A DNA stretch of 64,000 nt from Eledone cirrhosa. Lineage: Eukaryota. The translations under genes were made by a program, and so were the position numbers. The stretch is from positions 21,824,001 through 21,888,000 of the forward strand of contig OZ024741.1 in NCBI GenBank assembly GCA_964016885.1, given 5' to 3'. Below the pieces are notes generated by a model. That model saw only the letters and a list, made by a program, of their open reading frames with translations, made no database searches and had not been told where the DNA came from. Every line of letters starts with the position of its first letter. The stretch's first letter is position 1. Shown here one piece after another: positions 1 through 15,000 of this stretch.

Positions 1-3000
1 AGATTGTCTCCTAGTATTAATTCTGGTTCTTTGCTTTCTCAGTTCCAATCCCACCGAGAGATTGTCTCCTATTATTAGTTCTGGTTCTCTGCTTTATCAG
101 TCACAATCCCACCGAGAGATTGTCTCCTAGTATTAGTTCTGGTTCTCTGCTCTCTCAATTCCAATCCCACCGAGAGAATGTCTCCTAGTATTAGTTCTGG
201 TTCTCTGCTTTCTCAGTTCCAATCCCACCGAGAGAGTGTCTTCTAGTACTAGTTCTGGTTCTCTGCTTTCTCAGTTCAAATCCCACCGAGAGAATGTCTT
301 CTAGTATTAGTTCTGGTTCTCTGCTTTCTCAGTTCAAATCCCACCGAGAGATTGTCTCCTGGTATTAGTTCTGGTACTCTGCTTTCTCAGTTCCAATCCC
401 ACCAAGAGAATGTCTCCTAGTATTAGTTCTTGTTCTCTGCTCTGTCAGTTCAAATACCACTGAGAGTATGTCTCCTAGTATTAGTTCTGGTACTCTGCTT
501 TCTCAGTTCCAATCCCACCGAGAGAGTGTCTTCGAGTATTAGTTCTGGTTCTCTGCTTTCTCAGTTCCAATCCCACCGAGAGAATGTCTCCTAGTATTAG
601 TTCTGGTTCTCTGCTTTCTCAGTTCCAATCCCACCAAGAGAATGTCTCCTAGTATTAGTTCTGGTTCTCTGCTTTCTCAGTTCAAATTCCACCGAGAGAA
701 TGTCTTTTAGTATTAGTTCTGGTTCTCTGCTTTCCCCGTTCAAATCCCACCGAGAGATTGTCTCCTGGTATTAGTTCTGGTACTCTGCTTTCTCAATTCA
801 AATCCCACCGAGAGATTGTCTCCTAGTATTAATTCTGGTTCTCTGCTCTCTCAGTTCCAATCCCACCGAGAGAATGTCTCCTAGTATTAGTTCTGGTTCT
901 CTGCTTTTTCAGTTCCAATCCCACCGAGAGATTGTCTCCTAGTATTAGTTCTGGTTCTCTGCTCTCTCAGTTCCAATCCCACCGAGAGAATGTCTCCTAG
1001 TATTAATTCTGGTTCTCTGCTCTCTCAGTTCCAATCCCACCGAGAGAATGTCTCCTAGAATTAGTTCTGGTTCTCTGCTTTTTCAGTTCCAATCCCACCG
1101 AGAGATTGTCTCCTAGTATTAGTTCTGGTTCGCTGCTTTCTCAGTTCCAATCCCACCGAGAGATTGTCTCCTGGTATTAGTTCTGGTTCTCTGCTCTCTC
1201 AGTTCCAATCCCACCGAGAGAATGTCTCCTAGTATTAGTTCTGGTTCTCTGCTTTCTCAGTTCCAATCCCACCGAAAGATTGTCTCCTAGTATTAGTTCT
1301 GGTTCTCTGCTCTCTCAGTTCCAATCCCACCGAGAGATTGTCTCCTGGTATTAGTTCTGGTTCTCTGCTTTCTCAGTTCCAATCCCACTGAGAGAATGTC
1401 TCCTAGTATTAGTTCTGGTTCTCTGCTCTCTCAGTTCCAATCCCACCGAGAGAATGTCTCCTAATATTAGTTCTGGTTCTCTGCTTTCTCAGTTCCAATC
1501 CCACCGAGAGATTGTCTCCTGGTATTAGTTCTGGTACTCTGCTTTCTCAGTTCCAATCCCACCAAGAGAATGTCTCCTAGTATTAGTTCTTGTTCTCTGC
1601 TCTGTCAGTTCAAATGCCACCGAGAGTATGTCTCCTAGTATTAGTTCTGGTACTCTGCTTTCTCAGTTCCAATCCCACCGAGAGAGTGTCTTCTAGTATT
1701 AGATCTGGTTCTCTGCTTTCTCAGTTCCAATCCCACCGAGAGAATGTCTCCTAGTATTAGTTCTGGTTCTCTGCTTTCTCAGTTCCAATCCCACCGAGAG
1801 AATGTCTCCTAATATTAGTTCTGGTTCTCTGCTTTTTCAGTTCCAATCCCACCGAGAGATTGTCTCCTAGTATTAGTTCTGGTTCTCTGCTTTCTCAGTT
1901 CCAATCCCACCGAGAGATTGTCTCCTAGTATTAGTTCTGGTTCTCTGCTTTCTCACTTCCACTCCCACCGAGAGATTGTCTCCTCGTATTAGTTCTGGTT
2001 CTCTGCTTTCTCAGTTCCAATCCCACCGAGAGATTGTCTCCTAGTATTAGTTCTGGTTCTCTGCTCTCTCAGTTCCAATCCCACCGAGAGAATGTCTCCT
2101 AGTATTAGTTCTGGTTCTCTGCATTTTCAGTTCCAATCCCAACGAGAGATTGTCTGCTAGTATTAGTTCTGGTTCTCTGCTCTCTCAGTTCCAATCCCAC
2201 CGAGAGATTGTCTCCTGGTATTAGTTCTGGTTCTCTGCTCTCTCAGTTCCAATCCCACCGAGAGAATGTCTCCTAGTATTAGTTCTGGTTCTCTGCTTTC
2301 TCAGTTCCAATCCCACCGAAAGATTGTCTCCTAGTATTAGTTCTGGTTCTCTGCTCTCTCAGTTCCAATCCCACCGAGAGATTGTCTCCTGGTATTAGTT
2401 CTGGTTCTCTGCTCTCTCAGTTCCAATCCCACCGAGAGAATGTCTCCTGGTATTAGTTCTGGTTCTCTGCTCTCTCAGTTCCAATCCCACCGAGAGAATG
2501 TCTCCTAGTATTTGTTCTGGTTCTCTGCTTTCTCAGTTCCAATCCCACCGAAAGATTGTCTCCTGGTATTAGTTCTGGTTCTCTGCTCTCTCAGTTCCAA
2601 TCCCACCGAGAGAATGTCTCCTAGTATTAGTTCTGGTTCTCTGCTTTCTCAGTTCCAATCCCACCGAGATATTGTCTCCTAGTATTAGTTCTGGTTCTCT
2701 GCTTTCTCAGTCCCAATACCACCGAGAGAATGTCTCCTAGTATTAGTTCTGGTTCTCTGCTTTCTCAGTTCCAATCCCACCGAGAGATTGTCTCCTAGTA
2801 TTAATTCTGGTTCTCTGCTTTCTCAGTTCCAATCCCACCGAGAGATTGTCTCCTAGTATTAATTCTGGTTCTTTGCTTTCTCAGTTCCAATCCCACCGAG
2901 AGATTGTCTCCTATTATTAGTTCTGGTTCTCTGCTTTATCAGTCACAATCCCACCGAGAGATTGTCTCCTAGTATTAGTTCTGGTTCTCTGCTCTCTCAA

Positions 3001-6000
3001 TTCCAATCCCACCGAGAGAATGTCTCCTAGTATTAGTTCTGGTTCTCTGCTTTCTCAGTTCCAATCCCACCGAGAGAGTGTCTTCTAGTACTAGTTCTGG
3101 TTCTCTGCTTTCTCAGTGCAAATCCCACCGAGAGAATGTCTTCTAGTATTAGTTCTGGTTCTCTGCTTTCTCAGTTCAAATCCCACCGAGAGATTGTCTC
3201 CTGGTATTAGTTCTGGTACTCTGCTTTCTCAGTTCCAATCCCACCAAGAGAATGTCTCCTAGTATTAGTTCTTGTTCTCTGCTCTGTCAGTTCAAATACC
3301 ACTGAGAGTATGTCTCCTAGTATTAGTTCTGGTACTCTGCTTTCTCAGTTCCAATCCCACCGAGAGAGTGTCTTCTAGTATTAGTTCTGGTTCTCTGCTT
3401 TCTCAGTTCCAATCCCACCGAGAGAATGTCTCCTAGTATTAGTTCTGGTTCTCTGCTTTCTCAGTTCCAATCCCACTGAGAGAATGTCTCCTAGTATTAG
3501 TTCTGGTTCTCTGCTCTCTCATTTCCAATCCCACCGAGAGAATGTCTCCTAGTATTAGTTCTGGTTCTCTGCTTTCTCAGTTCCAATCCCACCAAGAGAA
3601 TGTCTCCTAGTATTAGTTCTGGTTCTCTGCTTTCTCAGTTCAAATTCCACCGAGAGAATGTCTTTTAGTATTAGTTCTGGTTCTCTGCTTTCCCCGTTCA
3701 AATCCCACCGAGAGATTGTCTCCTGGTATTAGTTCTGGTACTCTGCTTTCTCAATTCAAATCCCACCGAGAGATTGTCTCCTAGTATTAATTCTGGTTCT
3801 CTGCTCTCTCAGTTCCAATCCCACCGAGAGAATGTCTCCTAGTATTAGTTCTGGTTCTCTGCTTTTTCAGTTCCAATCCCACCGAGAGATTGTCTCCTAG
3901 TATTAGTTCTGGTTCTCTGCTCTCTCAGTTCCAATCCCACCGAGAGAATGTCTCCTAGTATTAATTCTGGTTCTCTGCTCTCTCAGTTCCAATCCCACCG
4001 AGAGAATGTCTCCTAGAATTAGTTCTGGTTCTCTGCTTTTTCAGTTCCAATCCCACCGAGAGATCGTCTCCTAGTATTAGTTCTGGTTCTCTGCTCTCTC
4101 AGTTCCAATCCCACCGAGAGAATGTCTCCTAGTATTAGTTCTGGTTCTCTGCTTTTTCAGTTCCAATCCCACCGAAAGATTGTCTCCTAGTATTAGTTCT
4201 GGTTCGCTGCTTTCTCAGTTCCAATCCCACCGAGAGATTGTCTCCTGGTATTAGTTCTGGTTCTCTGCTCTCTCAGTTCCAATCCCACCGAGAGAATGTC
4301 TCCTAGTATTAGTTCTGGTTCTCTGCTTTCTCAGTTCCAATCCCACCGAAAGATTGTCTCCTAGTATTAGTTCTGGTTCTCTGCTCTCTCAGTTCCAATC
4401 CCACCGAGAGATTGTCTCCTGGTATTAGTTCTGGTTCTCTGCTTTCTCAGTTCCAATCCCACTGAGAGAATGTCTCCTAGTATTAGTTCTGGTTCTCTGC
4501 TCTCTCAGTTCCAATCCCACCGAGAGAATGTCTCCTAGTATTAGTTCTGGTTCTCTGCTTTCTCAGTTCCAATCCCACCGAGAGAGTGTCTTCTAGTATT
4601 AGTTCTGGTTCTCTGCTTTCTCAGTTCCAATCCCACCGAGAGAATGTCTCCTAGTATTAGTTCTGGTTCTCTGCTTTCTCAGTTCCAATCCCACTGAGAG
4701 AATGTCTCGTAGTATTAGTTCTGGTTCTCTGCTCTCTCATTTCCAATCCCACCGAGAGAATGTCTCCTAGTATTAGTTCTGGTTCTCTGCTTTCTCAGTT
4801 CCAATCCCACCAAGAGAATGTCTCCTAGTATTAGTTCTGGTTCTCTGCTTTCTCAGTTCAAATTCCACCGAGAGAATGTCTTCTAGTATTAGTTCTGGTT
4901 CTCTGCTTTCCCCGTTCAAATCCCACCGAGAGATTGTCTCCTGGTATTAGTTCTGGTACTCTGCTTTCTCAATTCAAATCCCACCGAGGGATTGTCTCCT
5001 AGTATTAATTCTGGTTCTCTGCTCTCTCAGTTCCAATCCCACCGAGAGAATGTCTCCTAGTATTAATTCTGGTTCTCTGCTCTCTCAGTTCCAATCCCAC
5101 CGAGAGAATGTCTCCTAGTATTAGTTCTGGTTCTCTGCTTTTTCAGTTCCAATCCCACCGAGAGATTGTCTCCTAGTATTAGTTCTGGTTCTCTGCTCTC
5201 TCAGTTCCAATCCCACCGAGAGAATGTCTCCTAGTATTAATTCTGGTTCTCTGCTCTCTCAGTTCCAATCCCACCGAGAGAATGTCTCCTAGTATTAGTT
5301 CTGGTTCTCTGCTTTTTCAGTTCCAATCCCACCGAGAGATTGTCTCCTAGTATTAATTCTGGTTCTCTGCTCTCTCAGTTCCAATCCCACCGAGAGAATG
5401 TCTCCTAGTATTAGTTCTGGTTCTCTGCTTTTTCAGTTCCAATCCCACCGAGAGATTGTCTCCTAGTATTAGTTCTGGTTCTCTGCTCTCTCAGTTCCAA
5501 TCCCACCGAGAGAATGTCTCCTAGTATTAGTTCTGGTTCTCTGCTCTCTCAATTCCAATCCCACCGAGAGAATGTCTCCTAGTATTAGTTCTGGTTCTCT
5601 GCTTTCTCAGTTCCAATCCCACCGAGAGATTGTCTCCTAGTATTAGTTCTGGTTCTCTGCTCTCTCAGTTCCAATCCCACCGAGAGAATGTCTCCTAGTA
5701 TTAGTTCTGGTTCTCTGCCTTTTCAGTTCCAATCCCACCGAGAGATTGTCTCCTAGTATTAGTTCTGGTTCTCTGCTTTCTCAGGTCCAGTCCCACCGAG
5801 AGATTGTCTCCTAGTATTAGTTCTGGTTCTCTGCTTTCTCAGTTCCAATCCCACCGAGAGATTGTCTCCTAGTATTAGTTCTGGTTCTCTGCTTTCTCAG
5901 TTCCAATCCCACCGAGAGATTGTCTCCTAGTATTAGTTCTGGTTCTCTGCTTTCTCAGTTCCAATCCCACCGAGAGATTGTCTCCTCGTATTAGTTCTGG

Positions 6001-9000
6001 TTCTCTGCTTTCTCAGTTCCAATCCCACCGAGAGATTGTCTCCTAGTATTAGTTCTGGTTCTCTGCTCTCTCAGTTCCAATCCCACCGAGAGAATCTCTC
6101 CTAGTATTAGTTCTGGTTCTCTGCTTTTTCAGTTCCAATCCCACCGAGAGATTGTCTGCTAGTATTAGTTCTGGTTCTCTGCTTTTTCAGTTCCAATCCC
6201 ACCGAGAGATTGTCTGCTAGTATTAGTTCTGGTTCTCTGCTTTCTCAGTTCCAATCCCACCGAGAGAATGTCTCCTAGTATTAGTTCTGGTTCTCTGCTT
6301 TCTCAGTTCCAATCCCACCGAAAGATTGTCTCCTAGTATTAGTTCTGGTTCTCTGCTTTCTCAGTTCCAATCCCACCGAGATATTGTCTCCTAGTATTAG
6401 TTCTGGTTCTCTGCTTTCTCAGTCCCAATCCCACCGAGAGAATGTCTCCTAGTATTAGTTCTGGTTCTCTGCTTTCTCAGTTCCAATACCACCGAGATAT
6501 TGTCTCCTAGTATTAGTTCTGGTTCTCTGTTTTCTCAGTTCCAATCCCACCAAGAGATTGTCTCCTCGTATTAGTTCTGGTTCTCTGCTTTCTCAGTTCC
6601 AATCCCACCGAAAGATTGTCTCCTAGTATTAGTTCTGGTTCTCTGCTCTCGCAGTTCCAATCCCACCGAGAGATTGTCTCCTAATATTAGTTCTGGTTCT
6701 CTGCTTTCTCAGTTCCAATCCCACCGAGAGATTGTCTCCTAGTATTAGTTCTGGTTCTCTGCTTTCTCAGTTCCAATCCCACCGAGAGATTGTCTCCTAG
6801 TATTAATTCTGGTTCTTTGCTTTCTCAGTTCCAATCCCACCGAGAGATTGTCTCCTATTATTAGTACTGGTTCTCTGCTTTCTCAGTTCCAATCCCACCG
6901 AGAGATTGTCTCCTAGTATTAGTTCTGGTTCTCTGCTCTCTCAATTCCAATCCCACCGAGAGAATGTCTCCTAGTATTAGTTCTGGTTCTCTGCTTTCTC
7001 AGTTCCAATCCCACCGAGAGAGTGTCTTCTAGTATTAGTTCTGGTTCTCTACTTTCTCAGTTCAAATCCCACCGAGAGAATGTTTTCTAGTATTAGTTCT
7101 GGTTCTCTGCTTTCTCAGTTCAAATCCCACCGAGAGATTGTCTCCTGGTATTAGTTCTGGTACTCTGCTTTCTCAGTTCCAATCCCACCAAGAGAATGTC
7201 TCCCAGTATTAGTTCTTGTTCTCTGCTCTGTCAGTTCAAATGCCACCGAGAGTATGTCTCCTAGTATTAGTTCTGGTACTCTGCTTTCTCAGTTCCAATC
7301 CCACCGAGAGAGTGTCTTCTAGTATTAGATCTGGTTCTCTGCTTTCTCAGTTCCAATCCCACCGAGAGAATGTCTCCTAGTATTAGTTCTGGTTCTCTGC
7401 TTTCTCAGTTCCAATCCCACCGAGAGAGTGTCTTCTAGTATTAGTTCTGGTTCTCTGCTTTCTCAGTTCCAATCCCACCGAGAGAATGTCTCCTAGTATT
7501 AGTTCTGGTTCTCTGCTTTCTCAGTTCCAATCCCACCGAGAGAATGTCTCCTAGTATTAGTTCTGGTTCTCTGCTCTCTCAGTTCCAATCCCACCGAGAG
7601 AATGTCTCCTAGCATTAGTTCTGGTTCTCTGCTCTCTCATTTCTAATCCCAGCGAGAGAATGTCTCCTAGTATTAGTTCTGGTTCTCTGCTTTCTCAGTT
7701 CCAATCCCACCGAGAGATTGTCTCCTAGTATTAATTCTGGTTCTTTGCTTTCTCAGTTCCAATCCCACCGAGAGATTGTCTCCTATTATTAGTTCTGGTT
7801 CTCTGCTTTCTCAGTTCCAATCCCACCGAGAGATTGTCTCCTAGTATTAGTTCTGGTTCTCTGCTCTCTCATTTCTAATCCCACCGAGAGATTGTCTCCT
7901 AGTATTAGTTCTGGTTCTCTGCTTTCTCAGTTCCAATCCCACCGAGAGAATGTCTTCTAGTATTAGTTCTGGTTCTCTGCTTTCTCAGTTCCAATCCCAC
8001 CGAGAGAATGTCTCCTAGTATTAGTTCTGGTTCTCTGCTTTCTCAGTTCCAATCCCACCGAGAGAATGTCTTCTAGTATTAGTTCTGGTTCTCTGCTTTC
8101 TCAGTTCAAATTCCTCCGAGAGAATGTCTCCTAGTATTAGTTCTGGTTCTCTGCTTTCTCAGTTCCAATCCCACCGAGATATTGTCTCCTAGTATTAGTT
8201 CTGGTTCTCTGCTTTCTCAGTTCCAATCCCACCGAGAGAATGTCTCCTAGTATTAGTTCTGGTTCTCTGCTTTCTCAGTTCCAAACCCACCAAGAGAATG
8301 TCTCCTGGTATTAGTTCTTGTTCTCTGCTCTGTCAGTTCTAATCCCAGCGAGAGAATGTCTCCTAGTATTAGTTCTGGTTCTCTGCTTTCTCAGTTCCAA
8401 TCCCACCGAGAGATTGTCTCCTAGTATTAATTCTGGTTCTTTGCTTTCTCAGTTCCAATCCCACCGAGAGATTGTCTCCTATTATTAGTTCTTGTTCTCT
8501 GCTTTCTCAGTTCCAATCCCACCGAGAGATTGTCTCCTAGTATTAGTTCTGGTTCTCTGCTCTCTCATTTCTAATCCCACCGAGAGATTGTCTCCTAGTA
8601 TTAGTTCTGGTTCTCTGCTTTCTCAGTTCCAATCCCACCGAGAGAATGTCTTCTAGTATTAGTTCTGGTTCTCTGCTTTCTCAGTTCCAATCCCACCGAG
8701 AGAATATCTCCTAGTATTAGTTCTGGTTCTCTGCTTTCTCAGTTCCAATCCCACCGAGATATTGTCTCCTAGTATTAGTTCTGGTTCTCTGCTTTCTCAG
8801 TTCAAATTCCACCGAGAGAATGTCTCCTAGTATTAGTTCTGGTTCTCTGCTTTCTCAGTTCCAATCCCACCGAGATATTGTCTCCTAGTATTAGTTCTGG
8901 TTCTCTGCTTTCTCAGTTGCAATCCCACCGAGATATTGTCTCCTAGTATTAGTTCTGGTTCTCTGCTTTCTCAGTTCCAATCCCACCGAGAGATTGTCTC

Positions 9001-12000
9001 CTAGTATTAGTTCTGGTTCTCTGCTTTCTCAGTTCCAAACCCACCAAGAGAATGTCTCCTAGTATTAGTTCTTGTTCTCTGCTCTGTCAGTTCAAATCCC
9101 ACCGAGAGTATGTCTCCTAGTATTAGTTCTGGTTCTCCATTTTCTCAGTTCGAATCCCACCGAGATATTGTCTCCTAGTATTAGTTCTGGTTCTCTGCTC
9201 TCTCAGTTCCAATCCGACCGAGAGATTGTCTCCTAGTATTAGTTCTGGTTCTCTGCTCTCTCGGTTCCAATCCCACCGAGAGAGTGTCTTCTAGTATTAG
9301 TTCTGGTTCTCTGCTTTCTCAGTTCCAATCCCACCGAGAGATTGTCTCCTCGTATTAGTTCTGGTTCTCTGCTTTCTCAGTTCCAATCCCACCGAGAGAA
9401 TGTCTCCTAGTATTAGTTCTGGTTCTCTGCTCTCTCAGTTCCAATCCCACCAAGAGAATGTCTCCTAGTATTAGTTCTGGTTCTCTGCTTTCTCAGTTCA
9501 AATCCCACCGTGAGATTGTCTCCTAGTATTAGTTCTGGTTCTCTGCTCTCTCAATTCCAATCCCACCGAGAGAATGTCTCCTAGTATTAGTTCTGGTTCT
9601 CTGCTTTCTCAGTTCCAATCCCACCGAGATAGTGTCTTCTAGTATTAGTTCTGGTTCTCTACTTTCTCAGTTCAAATCCCACCGAGAGAATGTTTTCTAG
9701 TATTAGTTCTGGTTCTCTGCTTTCTCAGTTCAAATCCCACCGAGAGATTGTCTCCTGGTATTAGTTCTGGTACTCTGCTTTCTCAGTTCCAATCCCACCA
9801 AGAGAATGTCTCCCAGTATTAGTTCTTGTTCTCTGCTCTGTCAGTTCAAATGCCACCGAGAGTATGTCTCCTAGTATTAGTTCTGGTACTCTGCTTTCTC
9901 AGTTCCAATCCCACCGAGAGAGTGTCTTCTAGTATTAGATCTGGTTCTCTGCTTTCTCAGTTCCAATCCCACCGAGAGAATGTCTCCTAGTATTAGTTCT
10001 GGTTCTCTGCTTTCTCAGTTCCAATCCCACCGAGAGAGTGTCTTCTAGTATTAGTTCTGGTTCTCTGCTTTCTCAGTTCCAATCCCACCGAGAGAATGTC
10101 TCCTAGTATTAGTTCTGGTTCTCTGCTTTCTCAGTTCCAATCCCACCGAGAGAATGTCTCCTAGTATTAGTTCTGGTTCTCTGCTCTCTCAGTTCCAATC
10201 CCACCGAGAGAATGTCTCCTAGTATTAGTTCTGGTTCTCTGCTCTCTCATTTCTAATCCCAGCGAGAGAATGTCTCCTAGTATTAGTTCTGGTTCTCTGC
10301 TTTCTCAGTTCCAATCCCACCGAGAGATTGTCTCCTAGTATTAATTCTGGTTCTTTGCTTTCTCAGTTCCAATCCCACCGAGAGATTGTCTCCTATTATT
10401 AGTTCTGGTTCTCTGCTTTCTCAGTTCCAATCCCACCGAGAGATTGTCTCCTAGTATTAGTTCTGGTTCTCTGCTCTCTCATTTCTAATCCCACCGAGAG
10501 ATTGTCTCCTAGTATTAGTTCTGGTTCTCTGCTTTCTCAGTTCCAATCCCACCGAGAGAATGTCTTCTAGTATTAGTTCTGGTTCTCTGCTTTCTCAGTT
10601 CCAATCCCACCGAGAGAATGTCTCCTAGTATTAGTTCTGGTTCTCTGCTTTCTCAGTTCCAATCCCACCGAGAGAATGTCTTCTAGTATTAGTTCTGGTT
10701 CTCTGCTTTCTCAGTTCAAATTCCTCCGAGAGAATGTCTCCTAGTATTAGTTCTGGTTCTCTGCTTTCTCAGTTCCAATCCCACCGAGATATTGTCTCCT
10801 AGTATTAGTTCTGGTTCTCTGCTTTCTCAGTTCCAATCCCACCGAGAGAATGTCTCCTAGTATTAGTTCTGGTTCTCTGCTTTCTCAGTTCCAAACCCAC
10901 CAAGAGAATGTCTCCTGGTATTAGTTCTTGTTCTCTGCTCTGTCAGTTCTAATCCCAGCGAGAGAATGTCTCCTAGTATTAGTTCTGGTTCTCTGCTTTC
11001 TCAGTTCCAATCCCACCGAGAGATTGTCTCCTAGTATTAATTCTGGTTCTTTGCTTTCTCAGTTCCAATCCCACCGAGAGATTGTCTCCTATTATTAGTT
11101 CTTGTTCTCTGCTTTCTCAGTTCCAATCCCACCGAGAGATTGTCTCCTAGTATTAGTTCTGGTTCTCTGCTCTCTCATTTCTAATCCCACCGAGAGATTG
11201 TCTCCTAGTATTAGTTCTGGTTCTCTGCTTTCTCAGTTCCAATCCCACCGAGAGAATGTCTTCTAGTATTAGTTCTGGTTCTCTGCTTTCTCAGTTCCAA
11301 TCCCACCGAGAGAATATCTCCTAGTATTAGTTCTGGTTCTCTGCTTTCTCAGTTCCAATCCCACCGAGATATTGTCTCCTAGTATTAGTTCTGGTTCTCT
11401 GCTTTCTCAGTTGCAATCCCACCGAGATATTGTCTCCTAGTATTAGTTCTGGTTCTCTGCTTTCTCAGTTCCAATCCCACCGAGAGATTGTCTCCTAGTA
11501 TTAGTTCTGGTTCTCTGCTTTCTCAGTTCCAAACCCACCAAGAGAATGTCTCCTAGTATTAGTTCTTGTTCTCTGCTCTGTCAGTTCAAATCCCACCGAG
11601 AGTATGTCTCCTAGTATTAGTTCTGGTTCTCCATTTTCTCAGTTCGAATCCCACCGAGATATTGTCTCCTAGTATTAGTTCTGGTTCTCTGCTCTCTCAG
11701 TTCCAATCCGACCGAGAGATTGTCTCCTCGTATTAGTTCTGGTTCTCTGCTCTCTCGGTTCCAATCCCACCGAGAGAGTGTCTTCTAGTATTAGTTCTGG
11801 TTCTCTGCTTTCTCAGTTCCAATCCAAACGAGAGATTGTCTCCTCGTATTAGTTCTAGTTCTCTGCTTTCTCAGTTCCAATCCCACCGAGAGAATGTCTC
11901 CTAGTATTAGTTCTGGTTCTCTGCTCTCTCAGTTCCAATCCCACCAAGAGAATGGCTCCTAGTATTAGTTCTGGTTCTCTGCTTTCTCAGTTCAAATCCC

Positions 12001-15000
12001 ACCGAGAGATTGTCTCCTATTATTAGATCTGGTTCTCTGCTTTCTCAGTTCCAATCCCACCGAGAGAATGTCTTCTAGTATTAGTTCTGGTTCTCTGCTT
12101 TCTCAGTTCAAATCCCACCGAGAGATTGTCTCCTGGTATTAGTTCTGGTACTCTGTTTCTCAGTTCCAATCCCACCAAGAGAATGTCTCCTAGTATTAGT
12201 TCTTGTTCTCTGCTCTGTCAGTTCAAATCCCACCGAGAGTATGTCTCCTAGTATTAGTTCTGGTTCTCCATTTTCTCAGTTCCAATCCCACCGAGAGATT
12301 GTCTCCTAGTATTAGTTCTGGTTCTCTGCTCTCTCAATACCAATCCCACCGAGAGAATGTCTCCTAGTATTAGTTCTGGTTCTCTGCTTTCTCAGTTCCA
12401 ATCCCACCGAGATATTGTCTCCTAGTATTAGTTCTGGTTCTCTGCTTTCTCAGTTCCAATCCCACCGAGAGAATGTCTCCTAGTATTAATTCTGGTTCTC
12501 TGCTTTCTCAGTTCCAAACCCACCAAGAGAATGTCTCCTAGTATTAGTTCTTGTTCTCTGCTCTGTCAGTTCAAATCCCACCGAGAGTATGTCTCCTAGT
12601 ATTAGTTCTGGTTCTCCATTTTCTCAGTTCGAATCCCACCGAGATATTGTCTCCTAGTATTAGTTCTGGTTCTCTGCTCTCTCAGTTCCAATCCCACCGA
12701 GAGATTGTCTCCTCGTATTAGTTCTGGTTCTCTGCTCTCTCAGTTCCAATCCCACCGAGAGAGTGTCTTCTAGTATTAGTTCTGGTTCTCTGCTTTCTCA
12801 GTTCCAATCCCACCGAGAGATTGTCTCCTCGTATTAGTTCTGGTTCTCTGCTTTCTCAGTTCCAATCCCACCGAGAGAATGTCTCCTAGTATTAGTTCTG
12901 GTTCTCTGCTCTCTCAGTTCCAATCCCACCAAGAGAATGTCTCCTAGTATTAGTTCGGGTTCTCCATTTTCTCAGTTCGAATCCCACCGAGATATTGTCT
13001 CCTAGTATTAGTTCTGGTTCTCTGCTCTCTCAGTTCCAATCCCACCGAGAGATTGTCTCCTCGTATTAGTTCCGGTTCTCTGCTCTCTCAGTTCCAATCC
13101 CACCGAGAGATTGTCTCCAAATATTAGTTCTGGTTCTCTGCTTTCTCAGTTCCAATCCTACCGAGAGATTGTCTCCTATTATTAGTTCTGGTTCTCTGCT
13201 TTCTCAGTTCAAATCCCACCGAGAGATTGTCTCCTAATATTAGTTCTGGTTCTCTGCTTTCTCAGTTCCAATCCCACCAAGAGATTGTCTCCTATTATTA
13301 GTTCTGGTTCTCTGCTTTCTCAGTTCAAATCCCACCGAGAGATTGTCTCCTAATATTAGTTCTGGTTCTCTGCTTTCTCAGTTCCAATCCCACCGAGAGA
13401 TTGTCTCCTATTATTAGTTCTGGTTCTCTGCTCTCTCAGTTCCAATCCCACCGAGAGAATGTCTCCTAGTATTAGTTATGGTTCTCTGCTTTCTCAGTTT
13501 AAATCCCACCGAGAGAATGTCTTCTAGTATTAGTTCTGGTTCTCTGCTTTCTCAGTTCAAATCCCACCGAGAGATTGTCTCCTGGTATTAGTTCTGGTTC
13601 TCTGCTTTCTCAGTTCCAATCCCACCAAGAGAATGTCTCCTAGTATTAGTTCTTGTTCTCTGCTCTGTCAGTTCAAATCCCACCGAGAGTATGTCTCCTA
13701 GTATTAGTTCTGGTTCTCCATTTTCTCAGTTCCAATCCCACCGAGAGATTGTCTCCTATTATTAGTTCTGGTTCTCTGCTTTCTCAGTTCCAATCCCACC
13801 GAGAGATGGTCGCCTAGTATTAGTTCTGGTTCTCTGCTCTCTCATTTCCAATCCCACCGAGAGAATGTCTCCTAGTATTAGTTCTGGTTCTCTGCTTTCT
13901 CAGTTCCAATCCCACCGAGAGAATGTCTTCTAGTATTAGTTCTGGTTCTCTGCTCTCTCAGTTCAAATTCCACCGAGAGAATGTCTCCTAGTATTAGTTC
14001 TGGTTCTCTGCTTTCTCAGTTCCAATCCCACCGAGAGAATGTCTCCTAGTATTAGTTCTGGTTCTCTGCTTTCTCAGTTCCAATCCCACCAAGAGAATGT
14101 CTCCTAGTATTAGTTCTTGTTCTCTGCTCTGTCAGTTCAAATCCCACCGAGAGTATGTCTGCTAGTATTAGTTCTGGTTCTCCATTTTCTCAGTTCCAAT
14201 CCCACCGAGAGATTGTCTCCTATTATTAGTTCTGGTTCTCTGCTCTCTCAGTTCCAATCCCACCGAGAGATTGTCTCCTCGTATTAGTTCTGGTTCTCTG
14301 CTCTCTTAGTTCCAATCCCACCGAGAGAGTGTCTTCTAGTATTAGTTCTGGTTCTCTGCTTTCTCAGTTCCAATCCCACCGATAGAATGTCTCCTAGTAT
14401 TAGTTCTGGTTCTCTGCTTTCTCAGTTCAAATCCTACCGAGAGATTGTCTCCTGGTATTAGTTCTGGTTCTCTGCTTTCTCAGTTCCAATCCCACCGAGA
14501 GAATGTCTCCTAATATTAGTTCTGGTTCTCTGCTTTCTCAGTTCCAATCCCACCAAGAGAATGTCTCCTAGTATTAGTTCTTGTTCTCTGCTCTGTCAGT
14601 TCAAATCCCACCGAGAGTATGTCTCCTAGTATTAGTTCTGGTTCTCCATTTTCTCAGTTCCAATCCCACCGAGAGATTGTCTCCTAATATTAGTTCTGGT
14701 TCTCTGCTTTCTCAGTTCCAATCCCACCGAGAGATTGTCTCCTAGTATTAATTCTGGTTCTTTGCTTTCTCAGTTCCAATCCCACCGAGAGATTGTCTCC
14801 TGTTATTAGTTCTGGTTCTCTGCTCTCTCAATTCCAATACCACCGAGAGAATGTCTCCTAGTATTAGTTCTAGTTCTCTGCTTTCTCAGTTCAAACCACA
14901 CGGAGAGAATGTCTTCTAGTATTAGTTCTGGTTCTCTGCTTTCTCAGTTCAAATCCCACCGAGAGAATGTCTCCTAGTATTAGTTCTGGTTCTCTGCTTT